Counted from the stretch's first letter, positions 26,560 to 36,676 are shown. The stretch: DNA of 64,000 nucleotides from an uncultured Verrucomicrobiales bacterium (GCA_964463855.1 CAYXEC010000003.1:6452-70451); one strand, 5' to 3'. Notes: generated by a model from the sequence alone, not told the origin. Numbers and translations are program-made.

Positions 26560-26904
26560 ATGACAGCTCCTAAAAAAGTCAATGAGCAGCTCATTCGTGA
26601 GCGTGAAGAGGCATGGGTGGGTGATGCGGTTCTGGCACTCTTCATGCGCCGCCTGATCCTTGAAGAGCAGGGGAGGATGGATGGTGAGATGTTCATTCGC
26701 TGCACCTCAAACGATTTTCTTCGCCATATTGGAAACCCTACTTCTGTGGAAGCGTTGATAGGACGTATTTATGAGGAGCAAGGGCTTGATGCTGCCTTTG
26801 AATGGATGGAATACCAGCTCCTGCCTGTGTTTCGCGAGCAAGAGAAAAACCATCGTCACCGGGAGGCCCAAAAGCCCGTAAAAAGGCAGAAAAAGCGCCG
26901 CTAA
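26560..26904 (+). CDS. RNase III-domain protein lacking a dsRBD (Mini-III-like) with a basic tail
   Basis: EEAWVGDAVLALF resembles the RNase III signature (E..LGDAvL) and SVEALIGRIYEEQGLDAAFEWM resembles the second catalytic helix. C-terminal tail is HRHREAQKPVKRQKKRR. The longest ORF starts at TTG 26551. Confidence 0.65.
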   Translation: MTAPKKVNEQLIREREEAWVGDAVLALFMRRLILEEQGRMDGEMFIRCTSNDFLRHIGNPTSVEALIGRIYEEQGLDAAFEWMEYQLLPVFREQEKNHRHREAQKPVKRQKKRR

Positions 26905-27011
26905 ACAAACCCGCATGCCGTAGTGGAGGTTGCCACTTCTGTGCAAGGTTTTGGTGTGGATCAAGCGGTGACTTGCCCTCAGGCGTGTGGCTGCGACATC
27001 TCAGTGCGGTG

Positions 27012-28166
27012 TCATGGCGATGGCGTGTAGCTTGCCAGCGAGCGTATGAATTTTTCAAAGTATTCAACGCCGGCTTCCAAGTCCGAAATACGGATGAATT
27101 CATCCTTTGTGTGTGCCTGGTCGATGGATCCAGGGCCGACACATACAGCGGCAAGACCGCCCGCATTGAGGTGCCCGGCATCGGAGAACCAGGGTGCGCT
27201 CACTGCCTTGGATGCCGGATTGGCAGCTTGCATACGCTGGATCCATGGATTGTCAGCGGCGACTTCCATGGGCGGGTTCTCCTTCGGATTCATGATCTTG
27301 ATGGGCAGTTGTTGCTCATCGATGATTTGTTCCACCAGTGCCAGGGCACCCGGGCCATCATGGAGGGAGGGGGTGGTGCGAATATCGATCTGGGCAGATG
27401 CAAGATCCGGTACGATGTTGGGCTGTTTGCCTCCGCTGATCACACCGATGTTGAGGGTTGAGTGATTGAGGCTCGGGTGGGTGTAACTGGCCAGCTGGCT
27501 GGTGATATTCTCGTCAAACTTATCGAGGGCACGGGCGAGTTTGAGAATCGCGTTTTCCCCGGCTTCAGGCTGGGAGGCATGCGCAGCTCTTCCAGTGGCT
27601 TGTAATGTCGCCCAGAGAGAACCCTTGGTGACATGGACGATATCAAGGGAGGTGGGTTCGCCAGCGATGGCAAAGTCATACTCAGAGGCGTGATGTTTGG
27701 CAAAATGCTTGGAGCCATGCTGCGAAGCTTCCTCGCCCATGAAGCCGGCAAAATCGACAGCTACGGGCAGGTTGGCGAGGATGTCTGAGCAGTTTGCCAA
27801 AGCCTGAAGCATTGCGGCCATGGGGCCCTTGGTGTCGGATGCTCCACGTCCCAGAATGCGGCCGTCACCAGTGATCGTGCCGAAGGTATCGAGATCCATA
27901 CCGGCAACACTGACCGTGTCGAGATGCGGACAGAGAAGAATGCGAGGGCGGTTGTCTTTTTGCCCATGGGCACTGGGGCACCTGCCGATGACATTGGGCC
28001 TGCTTGGAAGTATTTGTTCCTGCACAACACTGAAGCAGGCATCCTCCAGAAAGCTCTGCACGAAGTTGGCCATGGCGGCTTCACCATCACCATCCAAACT
28101 GCAGTCGGGGTTGACACTTGGAATCCGGATCAGTTTTTGGAGCAGGCTGACAACGTTATTGGACAT
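27012..28166 (-). CDS. M20-family metallopeptidase / deacylase (ArgE/DapE-like)
   Basis: LLQKLIRIPSVNPD, CPHLDTV, GRGASDTKG and FMGEEASQHGS are M20 metal-ligand motifs. The start is set at Met 28166; the longest ORF runs to 28259. Confidence 0.85.
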   Translation of the reverse strand: MSNNVVSLLQKLIRIPSVNPDCSLDGDGEAAMANFVQSFLEDACFSVVQEQILPSRPNVIGRCPSAHGQKDNRPRILLCPHLDTVSVAGMDLDTFGTITGDGRILGRGASDTKGPMAAMLQALANCSDILANLPVAVDFAGFMGEEASQHGSKHFAKHHASEYDFAIAGEPTSLDIVHVTKGSLWATLQATGRAAHASQPEAGENAILKLARALDKFDENITSQLASYTHPSLNHSTLNIGVISGGKQPNIVPDLASAQIDIRTTPSLHDGPGALALVEQIIDEQQLPIKIMNPKENPPMEVAADNPWIQRMQAANPASKAVSAPWFSDAGHLNAGGLAAVCVGPGSIDQAHTKDEFIRISDLEAGVEYFEKFIRSLASYTPSP

Positions 28167-28250
28167 GAGCCGGTGATAACTGCAGCCGAGCCAAATTACC
28201 CGCAAAAAATGACGATGGGCAAGGGGAGTTTTTGCGTCTAGGCTGGGCAC

Positions 28251-28784
28251 GTGCACCACGATATCGAAAAAGTATTAATCGATGAGGAAGTGATCCAAAA
28301 GAGGTTGCAAGTCCTGGCAGATAAAGTGAGGTCTGATTTTGAGGGTAAACCGATGGTGGTTGTGGCGCTGCTCAAGGGGGCTATTCTCTTTATGGCGGAT
28401 TTATTGCGTAGAATTCCACTCCCCATGGAGATCGAGTGCGTCAATGTGGCCAGCTACCATGGTGGAACCAGCAGCTGTGGGGAGGTGACCTTCCTTGATC
28501 AGTCCTTGCCGGATGTCAGAGGCAAAGCCGTGCTCTTGCTTGATGATATTCTTGATACGGGAAGAACGCTGGATGCAGTGACCACAAAACTGGCTGAGCA
28601 TGGGGCCGCTGAGGTCAGGACCTGTGTGTTATTGTCCAAGGACGTTGAGCGGGATCTTGTCAAGGAGGCAGACTACACGGGCTTCATAGTGGGAGATGAA
28701 TTTGTTGTCGGCTACGGGCTGGACTATAGGGGGCGTTATCGTAACTTGCCCTACGTTGGAGTCCTCAAGGAGTCTGCCCTCTGA
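28251..28784 (+). CDS. hpt: hypoxanthine phosphoribosyltransferase
   Basis: 177 aa with the VLLLDDILDTGRTL PRPP-binding motif and FVVGYGLDY. GTG start. Confidence 0.92.
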   Translation: MHHDIEKVLIDEEVIQKRLQVLADKVRSDFEGKPMVVVALLKGAILFMADLLRRIPLPMEIECVNVASYHGGTSSCGEVTFLDQSLPDVRGKAVLLLDDILDTGRTLDAVTTKLAEHGAAEVRTCVLLSKDVERDLVKEADYTGFIVGDEFVVGYGLDYRGRYRNLPYVGVLKESAL

Positions 28785-28815
28785 TAGAACCAGACGGCTC
28801 GTTGTCACCATCCTC

Positions 28816-29919
28816 ATGAATATTCTGCTCGCTCCAGACAAGTTCAAGGGCACGCTGGGTGCCAGCCGGGTTTGTGAGTTGATCGGGGCAGGTATCAGAG
28901 AGGTGTTGCCCGATGTCAAAATCACAGCATGCCCTATTGCGGATGGTGGTGATGGGTTTGCCGAGGTGCTAGCCAGGCAACTCGGTGGCCAGTGGTTAGA
29001 GTGCCGGGCCCAGGATGCCATGGGTCGGGATCTGTTGGCGCGCTATGCTCTCTGTGGTGACACGGCGGTCATGGAAATGTCCCAGGCATCCGGTATTCGT
29101 CTACTCGAGCATGGCTCGCTCGACCCATGGAGAGCCAGCACATATGGCACAGGCCAAATGATGCGTCACGCGATTGAACACTCGGGGGTGGGGCGAATCA
29201 TTATGGGTATCGGGGGAAGTGCCACCAACGATGCCGGTTGCGGCATGGCTGCCGCACTTGGAGTCGTCTTTCTGGACAAGCATGGAGAATCGCTTGAACC
29301 GACCCCTGCGTCATTGTCACAATGTGCAAGGATCGACACTTCCAAGCGCATCGCCTTGCCCGAAATCCTTGTGGCCTGTGATGTTGATAACCCGCTGCTC
29401 GGTGAGAGGGGTGCCGTGCGTGTTTACGGTCCGCAAAAAGGGGCGAAGGAGACCGATCTCGATGGATTGGAGCAAATGCTTGCCCACGTGGTTGATTTGA
29501 CCGGGGACAAGGACCTGGCATCAATAGCAGGAGCCGGTGCTGCCGGAGGGCTGGGTTTTGGCTTGCTGAGTTTTTGTAAGGCGAGGCTTGTCCCGGGCTT
29601 TGAGCTTGTTGCGGATGAAATCGGGCTCATGGAAAAAATACAAGCCAGCGACTTGGTGGTCACCGGAGAAGGTAAGTATGACCTGCAAACACTTGCTGGC
29701 AAGGGGCCGGCAGGTGTCGCTGCCATGGCGCGTTGGGCGGACAAACCGGTAGTGCTCATGGCTGGTCTCATCGAGGATGGAACACCCGTGGATCTCTTTG
29801 ACGGGGTATATTCCGTGCACGAGGATCACCGCAGCCTGGAGGAGACCATACGCCATGGTGAGGAGTTGCTCATTGCTAAGGCTGCCGAAATGGCAGCTCA
29901 TATGGCGAGCAATGACTGA
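28816..29919 (+). CDS. glycerate kinase
   Basis: MNILLAPDKFKGTL...PIADGGDGF...GIGGSATNDAG is the family signature. The start is set at Met 28816; the longest ORF begins at 28696 and overlaps hpt. Confidence 0.88.
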   Translation: MNILLAPDKFKGTLGASRVCELIGAGIREVLPDVKITACPIADGGDGFAEVLARQLGGQWLECRAQDAMGRDLLARYALCGDTAVMEMSQASGIRLLEHGSLDPWRASTYGTGQMMRHAIEHSGVGRIIMGIGGSATNDAGCGMAAALGVVFLDKHGESLEPTPASLSQCARIDTSKRIALPEILVACDVDNPLLGERGAVRVYGPQKGAKETDLDGLEQMLAHVVDLTGDKDLASIAGAGAAGGLGFGLLSFCKARLVPGFELVADEIGLMEKIQASDLVVTGEGKYDLQTLAGKGPAGVAAMARWADKPVVLMAGLIEDGTPVDLFDGVYSVHEDHRSLEETIRHGEELLIAKAAEMAAHMASND

Positions 29920-29924
29920 TGAAA

Positions 29925-32129
29925 CTACTCGCGAGTCGTCATTTCGCGCAGCTCAAAACTTGAGTAGAAGGGGGCTGCTTTCTGGTGCAGGACCTTTTGT
30001 TGGAGTTCAGCGTTTTCCACAGAGAACTCATAAAAGTTGTAGGTTCCATTCAGATAATCAAAGCTGGTGGTGTCGTCCTCGTAGAGTTTGCAGGTGCGAT
30101 AGCTTGTTCCATAATGACGAAGCACAATTTCAGCTCCGGCGATGTCTTTGGTCCTATTCACCGATGACTTGAGCATGGGGATGAGTGCTCCCTCCTTGAC
30201 ATAGAGTGGGGGCAGGTCATTGGTTTGCTGCGCAGTGACCGTGATCTTGTTGCCGTTGCCAGCCAGTTTTCCGGTATGGAAATCATACCAGTTGCCCTTG
30301 GGTAGATTTACTACGCGCTCACTCTGGCTGTTGATGAAGGGGGCTACCAGAATGTCGGGGCCGAACATGAACAAGGTATTGTCCTCGGTGATTTCCTGCT
30401 GAAATCCATCGCCGTAGGGGTCGGTCTCGCTGTCGAGTTTGCGCTCTTCCTGTTTTTGGCCGGACTGGTCTTGTCCGGTCTCCAGAAGCATGGAGCGTAC
30501 AGGTGGAATACCCTCACGGTTGTAGCGGGCAAAAGCGGTGTAGAGATATGGCAGAAGTTGCATACGCAGCTGGATAGTGCGCCGGATGGCGTCGGTGGAG
30601 TCCTCGTAGGTCCATGGCTTGGTGCCACTGGCCCAGGCGTTGAGCATTGCCATGGGTGAAAAACAGGTGGTATGCATGCGATTAATCCACTCACGGCTGT
30701 TTTGAGCGCTTCGGATCTCAGGGCACCAGAGAATGCCGCAGAGACTGGCCGAGGAAATGCCTGTAACGTATTGGTCATGGCCGTAGGAATCTGAATAAAT
30801 GACAAAGGGATAGTTCGAGGCTGCCCCATTGCTTGCCCGGACCTTGGAGTAGGTGCGCCGGTTGTTTTTCTGATAGAGATCATGATAGATCATCTTTTGC
30901 ATCAACATGCCATATGTCTGGCGCATCACCTCGGCGGGTGTGCCCGATGGAAAGGTGGCGTGGTCGGGCCAGAGCCAGAAGTCGTAGCCATCACACTCAT
31001 CGATTTTGTAGCCAGAAATACCGATGTCAAAATGATCGGTCTTGTGCTGGTCGAGCAGGACCTTGCGTGCCTCGGGCAGGGTGTAGTCAGGAGCAATGCC
31101 CAGCCACACGGTGTGCGAGCACGAGAGGGGGTACATGTCTCTGTATATACGGGCGTGTTTTGAGATGTAGGGGTTCACCCAGAGATTAAGGCGGATACCG
31201 TCATCCAGCAGGCTTTTGGTAAATGCGGCAGGATCAGGAAAGCGTTTCCTCTGCCACTCAAACGTGCAGGGGTAGGACTTGGATTGCCATCCTGGCTCCA
31301 GGCCAATGACGTCGAGGGGTATGTTATGCGTCTTGAAGTCATCGATTTCTTGCTGGGTTTCTGCCGCGCTGAACGACGCCGGTGTGCGGTGCCAGAAACC
31401 CAAACCCCAGAGCGGAGGCATCGCACCTCCACCTGAGTAGAGGTTGTAGCGCGCCACGATGTCCTGCAAATCAGAGCCGGTGAAAGCGATGATCTCAATG
31501 CCCTCTCCCTGAACGTAGGCCTCCACGGCAGCACTGGGAGGTACTGCCAGCCACGGGCCGGCCTGTTTTTCGTCTGCAGGCGGGTTGCGGTCCACTTCGA
31601 CCGGCAGATGGGGTGAGTCCTTGCGGTTGCATACCTGGTTGTAAATCTTGAGGTAGGCAGCCGTGTTAAAAAACACTCCGTATCCCTTGCTGGAGATGAA
31701 AAAGGGCACCGGCGCGTGGGTTGAGCCTCCGTCCTTGCTGTAATGGTCAACCTTGAGCTCGAGAACCTTGCCCGTGCGCATGGTTTGATCGAACTGGAGG
31801 CCGTAGCCGTAGATTTTTTCATCCGGATCGGTCGGTATGTAGACCATGATTTTGCGATCCGGGTTTAGCCGGTAGCGGGCGTTCTTGAGAGCCTTGGTGA
31901 GAGGGGCATCAGGCAGCTGGTTCAATACCTCCCATTTGGGCGGAGCCCCTGCCAGATCACTGTAGCGGTGGAGTTGGGTTGAGCTGCCCAGAGTGGCGAC
32001 ATGCACGCCATTGGCCATTTTTTTCCATTGAGTAATGGGCTCAAGATCCGTGATGTCTCCGGCCGGGGCAGCCTGGAGGGAGGTTGCGGTCAATATGATG
32101 GCGGCCCAATGAAGATATGAATGTCTCAT
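29925..32129 (-). CDS. secreted glycoside hydrolase family 31 (alpha-glucosidase/xylosidase-like)
   Basis: 734 aa with a signal peptide (MRHSYLHWAAIILTATSLQA), a (beta/alpha)8 core carrying GIRLNLWVNPY and GISGYKIDECDG, and a later YSDSYGHDQY. Confidence 0.8.
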   Translation of the reverse strand: MRHSYLHWAAIILTATSLQAAPAGDITDLEPITQWKKMANGVHVATLGSSTQLHRYSDLAGAPPKWEVLNQLPDAPLTKALKNARYRLNPDRKIMVYIPTDPDEKIYGYGLQFDQTMRTGKVLELKVDHYSKDGGSTHAPVPFFISSKGYGVFFNTAAYLKIYNQVCNRKDSPHLPVEVDRNPPADEKQAGPWLAVPPSAAVEAYVQGEGIEIIAFTGSDLQDIVARYNLYSGGGAMPPLWGLGFWHRTPASFSAAETQQEIDDFKTHNIPLDVIGLEPGWQSKSYPCTFEWQRKRFPDPAAFTKSLLDDGIRLNLWVNPYISKHARIYRDMYPLSCSHTVWLGIAPDYTLPEARKVLLDQHKTDHFDIGISGYKIDECDGYDFWLWPDHATFPSGTPAEVMRQTYGMLMQKMIYHDLYQKNNRRTYSKVRASNGAASNYPFVIYSDSYGHDQYVTGISSASLCGILWCPEIRSAQNSREWINRMHTTCFSPMAMLNAWASGTKPWTYEDSTDAIRRTIQLRMQLLPYLYTAFARYNREGIPPVRSMLLETGQDQSGQKQEERKLDSETDPYGDGFQQEITEDNTLFMFGPDILVAPFINSQSERVVNLPKGNWYDFHTGKLAGNGNKITVTAQQTNDLPPLYVKEGALIPMLKSSVNRTKDIAGAEIVLRHYGTSYRTCKLYEDDTTSFDYLNGTYNFYEFSVENAELQQKVLHQKAAPFYSSFELREMTTRE

Positions 32130-32240
32130 GATGAAATTGCGTGCTGACTATACCTGACGACCCCATCATGTCTTCCAAAAAACTGGCAGCGGGCCTTTTT
32201 TGAGGTCGCCCACATTACTGTTCGCATACCTGCAAGACAC

Positions 32241-32272
32241 AAAAAGCCCGCCGGTGCATTAGCTGCGGCGGG
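32241..32272 (-). terminator. stem-loop plus U-tract downstream of tRNA-Phe
   Basis: On the minus strand: CCCGCCG...CGGCGGG, a 7-bp GC stem, followed by CUUUUUG. Confidence 0.55.
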
Positions 32273-32298
32273 ATGATTGTAGCGGGCAAGTTGAAGAG

Positions 32299-32374
32299 TG
32301 GTGGCTCCACCCGGGATCGAACCAGGGACACAAGGATTTTCAATCCTCTGCTCTACCAACTGAGCTATGGAGCC
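32299..32374 (-). tRNA. tRNA-Phe (anticodon GAA), CCA encoded
   Basis: The reverse complement is GGCTCCATAGCTCAGTTGGTAGAGCAGAGGATTGAAAATCCTTGTGTCCCTGGTTCGATCCCGGGTGGAGCCACCA. It folds by hand into a full cloverleaf with a 7-bp acceptor stem, D-arm GCTC/GAGC, anticodon loop TTGAAAA and a TTCGATC T-loop. Confidence 0.95.
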
Positions 32375-32517
32375 TTTGCCATGGTGGCAGTATGGGAGCT
32401 GCCAGTGCGGGAGGGGTTTAGTTCCCGGGGAGCGGGTTGACAATAGAAAAATAGAGGAAAAATGAAGTTCACAGGGTGGTGAAGTTTTTTTGACAGAGGG
32501 TGTTGCTGCTGTTCTGC

Positions 32518-32550
32518 ATAAAAAAAGACACCCCATGAGCGGGGTGTCTT
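32518..32550 (-). terminator. rho-independent terminator of rpsU
   Basis: On the minus strand: AAGACACCCC-GCUCAU-GGGGUGUCUU followed by UUUUUAU, about 50 nt after the rpsU stop. Confidence 0.8.
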
Positions 32551-32599
32551 TGGTGAAAGTTATGAGTCGGGCTGGCGCTGAGCGCTATGCTGCTCTGCT

Positions 32600-32821
32600 T
32601 CAGGCGTTCTCGCCTTCAGCAGGCTTGTCCTTCTGGAAACGCCAGCGGATTGCGTGACGCTTTGATGCGGTGCGCTCTTTGCGCTGCTTGCGCTGAGTCA
32701 CGGTCTCGAATGCACGACGACGACGCATCTCTTCAAGAATGCCTTCGGAGTCGAGCATGGACTTGAGGCGCTTGAGTGCGCGATCAACAGGCTCACCTTT
32801 TTGGATTTCGATACCTCTCAT
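32600..32821 (-). CDS. rpsU: 30S ribosomal protein S21
   Basis: 73 aa. ...GEPVDRALKRLKSMLDSEGILEEMRRRRAFE..TQRKQRK is the typical S21 sequence. Confidence 0.92.
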   Translation of the reverse strand: MRGIEIQKGEPVDRALKRLKSMLDSEGILEEMRRRRAFETVTQRKQRKERTASKRHAIRWRFQKDKPAEGENA

Positions 32822-33015
32822 ATAAGTTGTAGTGGGTCATGTTTTTGCTGATAAGGAACCTTTTTGGGAGTGCTGGTTCCTCCGGCCCTTGCATTTGCAT
32901 GCAGGAGTTGTGCCGGCGGCAGGGAGGCGGAAACTAGGGGCCGACGCGGCTACCGTCAAGCTGAAAGAGATGAAAAAATAACCCGTTTTGATTCAAGAGT
33001 GTGCTGGGGCGGCCA

Positions 33016-34374
33016 TTAACTTCCCCCTGGAAAGAGTTTTTTGATGCTCTGGTAGATGGGGCGGCCGGTGATTCTTCGGTTGAATAAATAAAGGGCCACC
33101 AGGGCAAAAAGGATATTTGTGCCCCAGGCAGCGAGAACCGGCGGCATGTGCCCGGCTTCGCCGAAGGTGAGAAAAAAGCTCGAGGAGAACAACATCCCTG
33201 CAGACAGAAACAAGGCGATGGAGACCCCCCCACTGATACCACGTCTGCTGAAAACAATACCCAGAGGGGCAGCGAGCAGGATGGTGACAAGGCAGATTGC
33301 AGGCTGGGCAATGCGATAATGCCACTGGGTGAGGTAAGGGAGCGGGTTGGCCCATTCCACGCCCTCGTGAGCTTTGAGCCAACTGTTGAGTTCGGGGATG
33401 CCGAGGTGGCTCTGGTCGAGTCCGGGTTTGACGATTTGCCAGGGGGTCTCGTGCCAGTCCCTGGTGATTTTATTCTCTGTTTTGATCTTCACGGGCACGG
33501 GTACGGCCTGCAGGTCGATGAGCTGTGGGTTTGAAAAAGTCCAGCTTTTGGTCTCACGGGACCACTCAGCCTGTTGAGCCTCCAGCTTCTTGGTGGGGTG
33601 TTTGCCTTTATTGAATGAGTGAACTGTTACATTGCGAAGAATGCCTGTTTTCTCGAATTGGTAGGGGAACGAGCCAACCAGCCAAACGCGTTTGGATTTG
33701 CTGTCCCTGTAGAGCACGGACCGGGCGCGATCAGCGTCACCATCCTTGGCGATATCAATGACGAGATCTTTATTGCCCTCCGCCCAGGGCCCCCAGTGAT
33801 AATTGAAAATAAGGCACACGGCGGAGCCAAAAAACCCGGTCACCAGAAGGGGCATGACAATTCTGAAGACACCACGTCCCGTCTGGATCATAGCCACGAT
33901 CTCTTGGTGGCGCGACATTTTCCCCAGGCAGTAGAGCAGGGATAGCAACAAGACATAGGGCAAGATGAAAACAAACATCGCGGGGATAAAAATCCCGTAA
34001 TAGCTGGCCATGACAGCCACTGTGCTACTAGCCTCATTGAAGTCTGACATATTGTTTTGCAAGTCGGTGAGGATCATCACCGTCAATAGTGCTCCCATGC
34101 ACAGGGCAAAAGAGGAGAGAAACTGCCGGGCCATATAACGGTCCAGACTTGTTGAGAGACAATACATCCAGGCAGCGGTGGCTGGCAGCATGCACAGGAT
34201 TCCAAGCAGATAAGGGCGTATACGGTGGCCAGTGATGTCCGTATCGGGGAATCCCAGAATGTGTTCCTCCACGGCTTGCGTCTCAATGGGGATCACATAA
34301 ACACAGGCGATTACACCTAACAAGGATATGGCAAAGGGCCAGAGATACTGTTTCAGGGTGGCGATGCCTGGCAT
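33016..34374 (-). CDS. LptF/LptG-family (YjgP/YjgQ) permease
   Basis: 452 aa. An N-terminal transmembrane cluster with LDRYMARQFL, a central periplasmic beta-jellyroll-like segment and three C-terminal transmembrane helices. Confidence 0.75.
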   Translation of the reverse strand: MPGIATLKQYLWPFAISLLGVIACVYVIPIETQAVEEHILGFPDTDITGHRIRPYLLGILCMLPATAAWMYCLSTSLDRYMARQFLSSFALCMGALLTVMILTDLQNNMSDFNEASSTVAVMASYYGIFIPAMFVFILPYVLLLSLLYCLGKMSRHQEIVAMIQTGRGVFRIVMPLLVTGFFGSAVCLIFNYHWGPWAEGNKDLVIDIAKDGDADRARSVLYRDSKSKRVWLVGSFPYQFEKTGILRNVTVHSFNKGKHPTKKLEAQQAEWSRETKSWTFSNPQLIDLQAVPVPVKIKTENKITRDWHETPWQIVKPGLDQSHLGIPELNSWLKAHEGVEWANPLPYLTQWHYRIAQPAICLVTILLAAPLGIVFSRRGISGGVSIALFLSAGMLFSSSFFLTFGEAGHMPPVLAAWGTNILFALVALYLFNRRITGRPIYQSIKKLFPGGS

Positions 34375-34511
34375 GTGCTAATGATGGCGAAGCCAGGCCC
34401 ATCAGGCAAGAAGTAACCTTGCGGCAATCAAGATAGCGGAAGAAAGACATGGGAGTGCCTTGCGGGTGGGGCCGTGCCGTGTTATCGATAAAAAGCACCC
34501 GGGGTGTCCGG

Positions 34512-35450
34512 ATGCCAAAAAAGCTCCAATATATGGGAATATCTGACCGGTCCTACCAGCAAATGCCACCTCACCCTGCCTACAGTGGAGGAGGACCATC
34601 GCGCCTTCAGGAAAGTCCGGTGGTGAAGTGGCTGCTCATTATCAATGTGGCTGTTTGGTTGCTGGAGATGCTGACCAATTCCTCGCCTCAAACGCAACGT
34701 TCCTTCCTATGGAGCTGGGGGCATTTCAGTGTCGCCACAGCGGTCGAGCAAACACAAATTTGGCGCTTCCTGAGCTTCCAGTTTCTGCATGCCAACGGGC
34801 ATCACCTGCTGGTCAACATGCTGGGATTGTTCTTCTTTGGCCATTTTGCCGAGCGTTGGTGGGGGAGTCGCAAATTCCTCTTCTTCTACCTCTCAACCGG
34901 CGTAGCGGGTGCTGTCCTCTATGTGGTGCTTTTTTACGCCGGCTGGTTTGGTTCCGCTCCCATACCCATTGGCGGTGGTGAAACCGTGCCGGCCTCTTAC
35001 ATACCCATGGTGGGTGCTTCCGCGGGTATTTTTGGCATCCTTGCATGTGTTACGGTTGTTGCGCCGAACTTGCGTGTGTTGTTGTTTTTCTTCATTCCGA
35101 TGAGTATGCGCACTTTTGCCATCCTGGCTCTGAGCATCAGTGTCGTGGTCATCCTGTTCAACTGGAACAATGCCGGTGGTGAAGCGGGGCATCTCGGCGG
35201 TGCCATCCTTGGCTTTATGCTGATGAAGAACCCACAATGGCTCTCTTTTATTTCCGATGGCAATATCCTCTCCAGGCGGCGTCCAGTCGTGGATGCCACG
35301 ATCGTTCGTGAGAGCAAGATGCGGCCACGGATCAGCATTAATCTGGATGATTCGGAAGTCGATCGCATCCTCGACAAGGTGAGCCGCGAGGGATTACAAA
35401 GCCTCACGGATCAGGAGCGCGAAGTGCTCAAGAGGGTCGCGGAGCAGTGA
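34512..35450 (+). CDS. rhomboid-family intramembrane serine protease
   Basis: Multi-pass membrane protein with WRFLSFQFLHANGHHLLVNM, the catalytic GASAGIFGI and a downstream HLGGAILG. The start is set at Met 34512; the longest ORF begins at 34449. Confidence 0.85.
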   Translation: MPKKLQYMGISDRSYQQMPPHPAYSGGGPSRLQESPVVKWLLIINVAVWLLEMLTNSSPQTQRSFLWSWGHFSVATAVEQTQIWRFLSFQFLHANGHHLLVNMLGLFFFGHFAERWWGSRKFLFFYLSTGVAGAVLYVVLFYAGWFGSAPIPIGGGETVPASYIPMVGASAGIFGILACVTVVAPNLRVLLFFFIPMSMRTFAILALSISVVVILFNWNNAGGEAGHLGGAILGFMLMKNPQWLSFISDGNILSRRRPVVDATIVRESKMRPRISINLDDSEVDRILDKVSREGLQSLTDQEREVLKRVAEQ

Positions 35451-35486
35451 AGCCCCTGTTGATATTTCATATAAAGCGAAGGAGAG

Positions 35487-36299
35487 ATGACTGATGCCGA
35501 AATGATCGAATGCCCGGAGAGGGATCGCCAGATGACGCGCTTGCGCGCCATCATGCACCGATTGCGGGCACCGGGGGGCTGCCCCTGGGATGCTGAGCAG
35601 ACCCATGAAAGCTTGTTGCCCAATCTCATCGAGGAGACTTATGAAACAGTGGATACCATCAAGCGTGGAGACTGGGACCACCTCAAGGAGGAACTGGGAG
35701 ATCTATTGCTTCAAGTTGTCTTCCACAGCGAGCTAGCGGAGGAAGCGGGCCGCTACAATTTTGATGATGTTGCCCGGGGTGTCTCCGACAAGCTCGTCCG
35801 CCGGCATCCTCACGTCTACGGTGAGAGTGACGTGGAGACCACGGACGGAGTGCTCAGCCAGTGGGATGCCATCAAGAGGCAGGAAAAAGGCAGTGAGCAA
35901 GAAGCCTACCTGCATGGAGTGGGCAAAGGGCTGCCAGCCATGTTGCGGGCCGCAAAACTACAAAAGAAGGCTGCCAAGGTAGGTTTTGACTGGCAGGACG
36001 ACAGGGGTGTCATGGACAAGATCCGTGAGGAGCTCGGTGAGGTGGAGGCGGAATTAGAGTCCGGCGATAGCAGTGGCTTGGGGGAGGAGATTGGGGACCT
36101 GTTGTTTTCAGTGATTAATCTTGCGCGCAGGCACGAATTGGATCCTGAAATTTTACTGGAGTCTACCAATGCAAAGTTTGAGCGACGTTTTGCTGCGATG
36201 GAGTATGCCCTGCAAAACAAGGGCAAGTGCCTCGACTCTGCGAGTCTTGAAGAGATGGAGGCAGAATGGCAGGCTGCCAAGAAGCAGCAGGCAAACTGA
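35487..36299 (+). CDS. mazG: nucleoside triphosphate pyrophosphohydrolase MazG
   Basis: 270 aa with tandem MazG domains (CPWDAEQTHESLLPNLIEETYE; ELGDLLLQVV; a second EE.GDLLF). Confidence 0.9.
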   Translation: MTDAEMIECPERDRQMTRLRAIMHRLRAPGGCPWDAEQTHESLLPNLIEETYETVDTIKRGDWDHLKEELGDLLLQVVFHSELAEEAGRYNFDDVARGVSDKLVRRHPHVYGESDVETTDGVLSQWDAIKRQEKGSEQEAYLHGVGKGLPAMLRAAKLQKKAAKVGFDWQDDRGVMDKIREELGEVEAELESGDSSGLGEEIGDLLFSVINLARRHELDPEILLESTNAKFERRFAAMEYALQNKGKCLDSASLEEMEAEWQAAKKQQAN

Positions 36300-36310
36300 G
36301 GCAGGACTCG

Positions 36311-36676
36311 CTATTCAGGCCTGAGTTTTCTCTCGAGCTGCTTGGGTGAGATCCCGAAGAATTTTTTGACGTCCGTGCAAAAGTGGCTGTAGTAGAGATA
36401 GCCAAGTCTCTCGCTGATGTCGTGCAGATCCATACCCTCGCTGATCATGCGTTTGGCGAGCAGGGCCCGATGATTGCAAAACAGGTCCTTGGGCTTGAGG
36501 CCTACGGCATTTTCCACGTGCCTTTGGAGTTGAATGACGGTGAAACCAAGTATTTCAGCGACTCTCTTGACGTTGAAGTTGTTTTGCTCCGCAAGCTGAA
36601 GAAGATTAACGCCGGAGGTGTCTACGATTCTGGCTCCCTGGCGATGAAATGGTGTTGGTATTGCTGGCCTGCTCAT
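36311..36676 (-). CDS. small AraC/XylS-type helix-turn-helix regulator (HTH domain only)
   Basis: 121 aa. VKRVAEILGFTVIQLQRHV..., then ISERLGYLYYSHFCTDVKKFFGISPKQ, the second AraC HTH. Divergent from the methyltransferase-kinase-regulator cassette. Confidence 0.75.
   Translation of the reverse strand: MSRPAIPTPFHRQGARIVDTSGVNLLQLAEQNNFNVKRVAEILGFTVIQLQRHVENAVGLKPKDLFCNHRALLAKRMISEGMDLHDISERLGYLYYSHFCTDVKKFFGISPKQLERKLRPE

Noticed and set aside
32130-32600. Integrative element at tRNA-Phe
   Set aside because: tRNA genes are common integration sites. However, the tRNA is flanked directly by a GH31 gene and by rpsU. No integrase, direct repeat of the tRNA 3' end or compositional break is visible.
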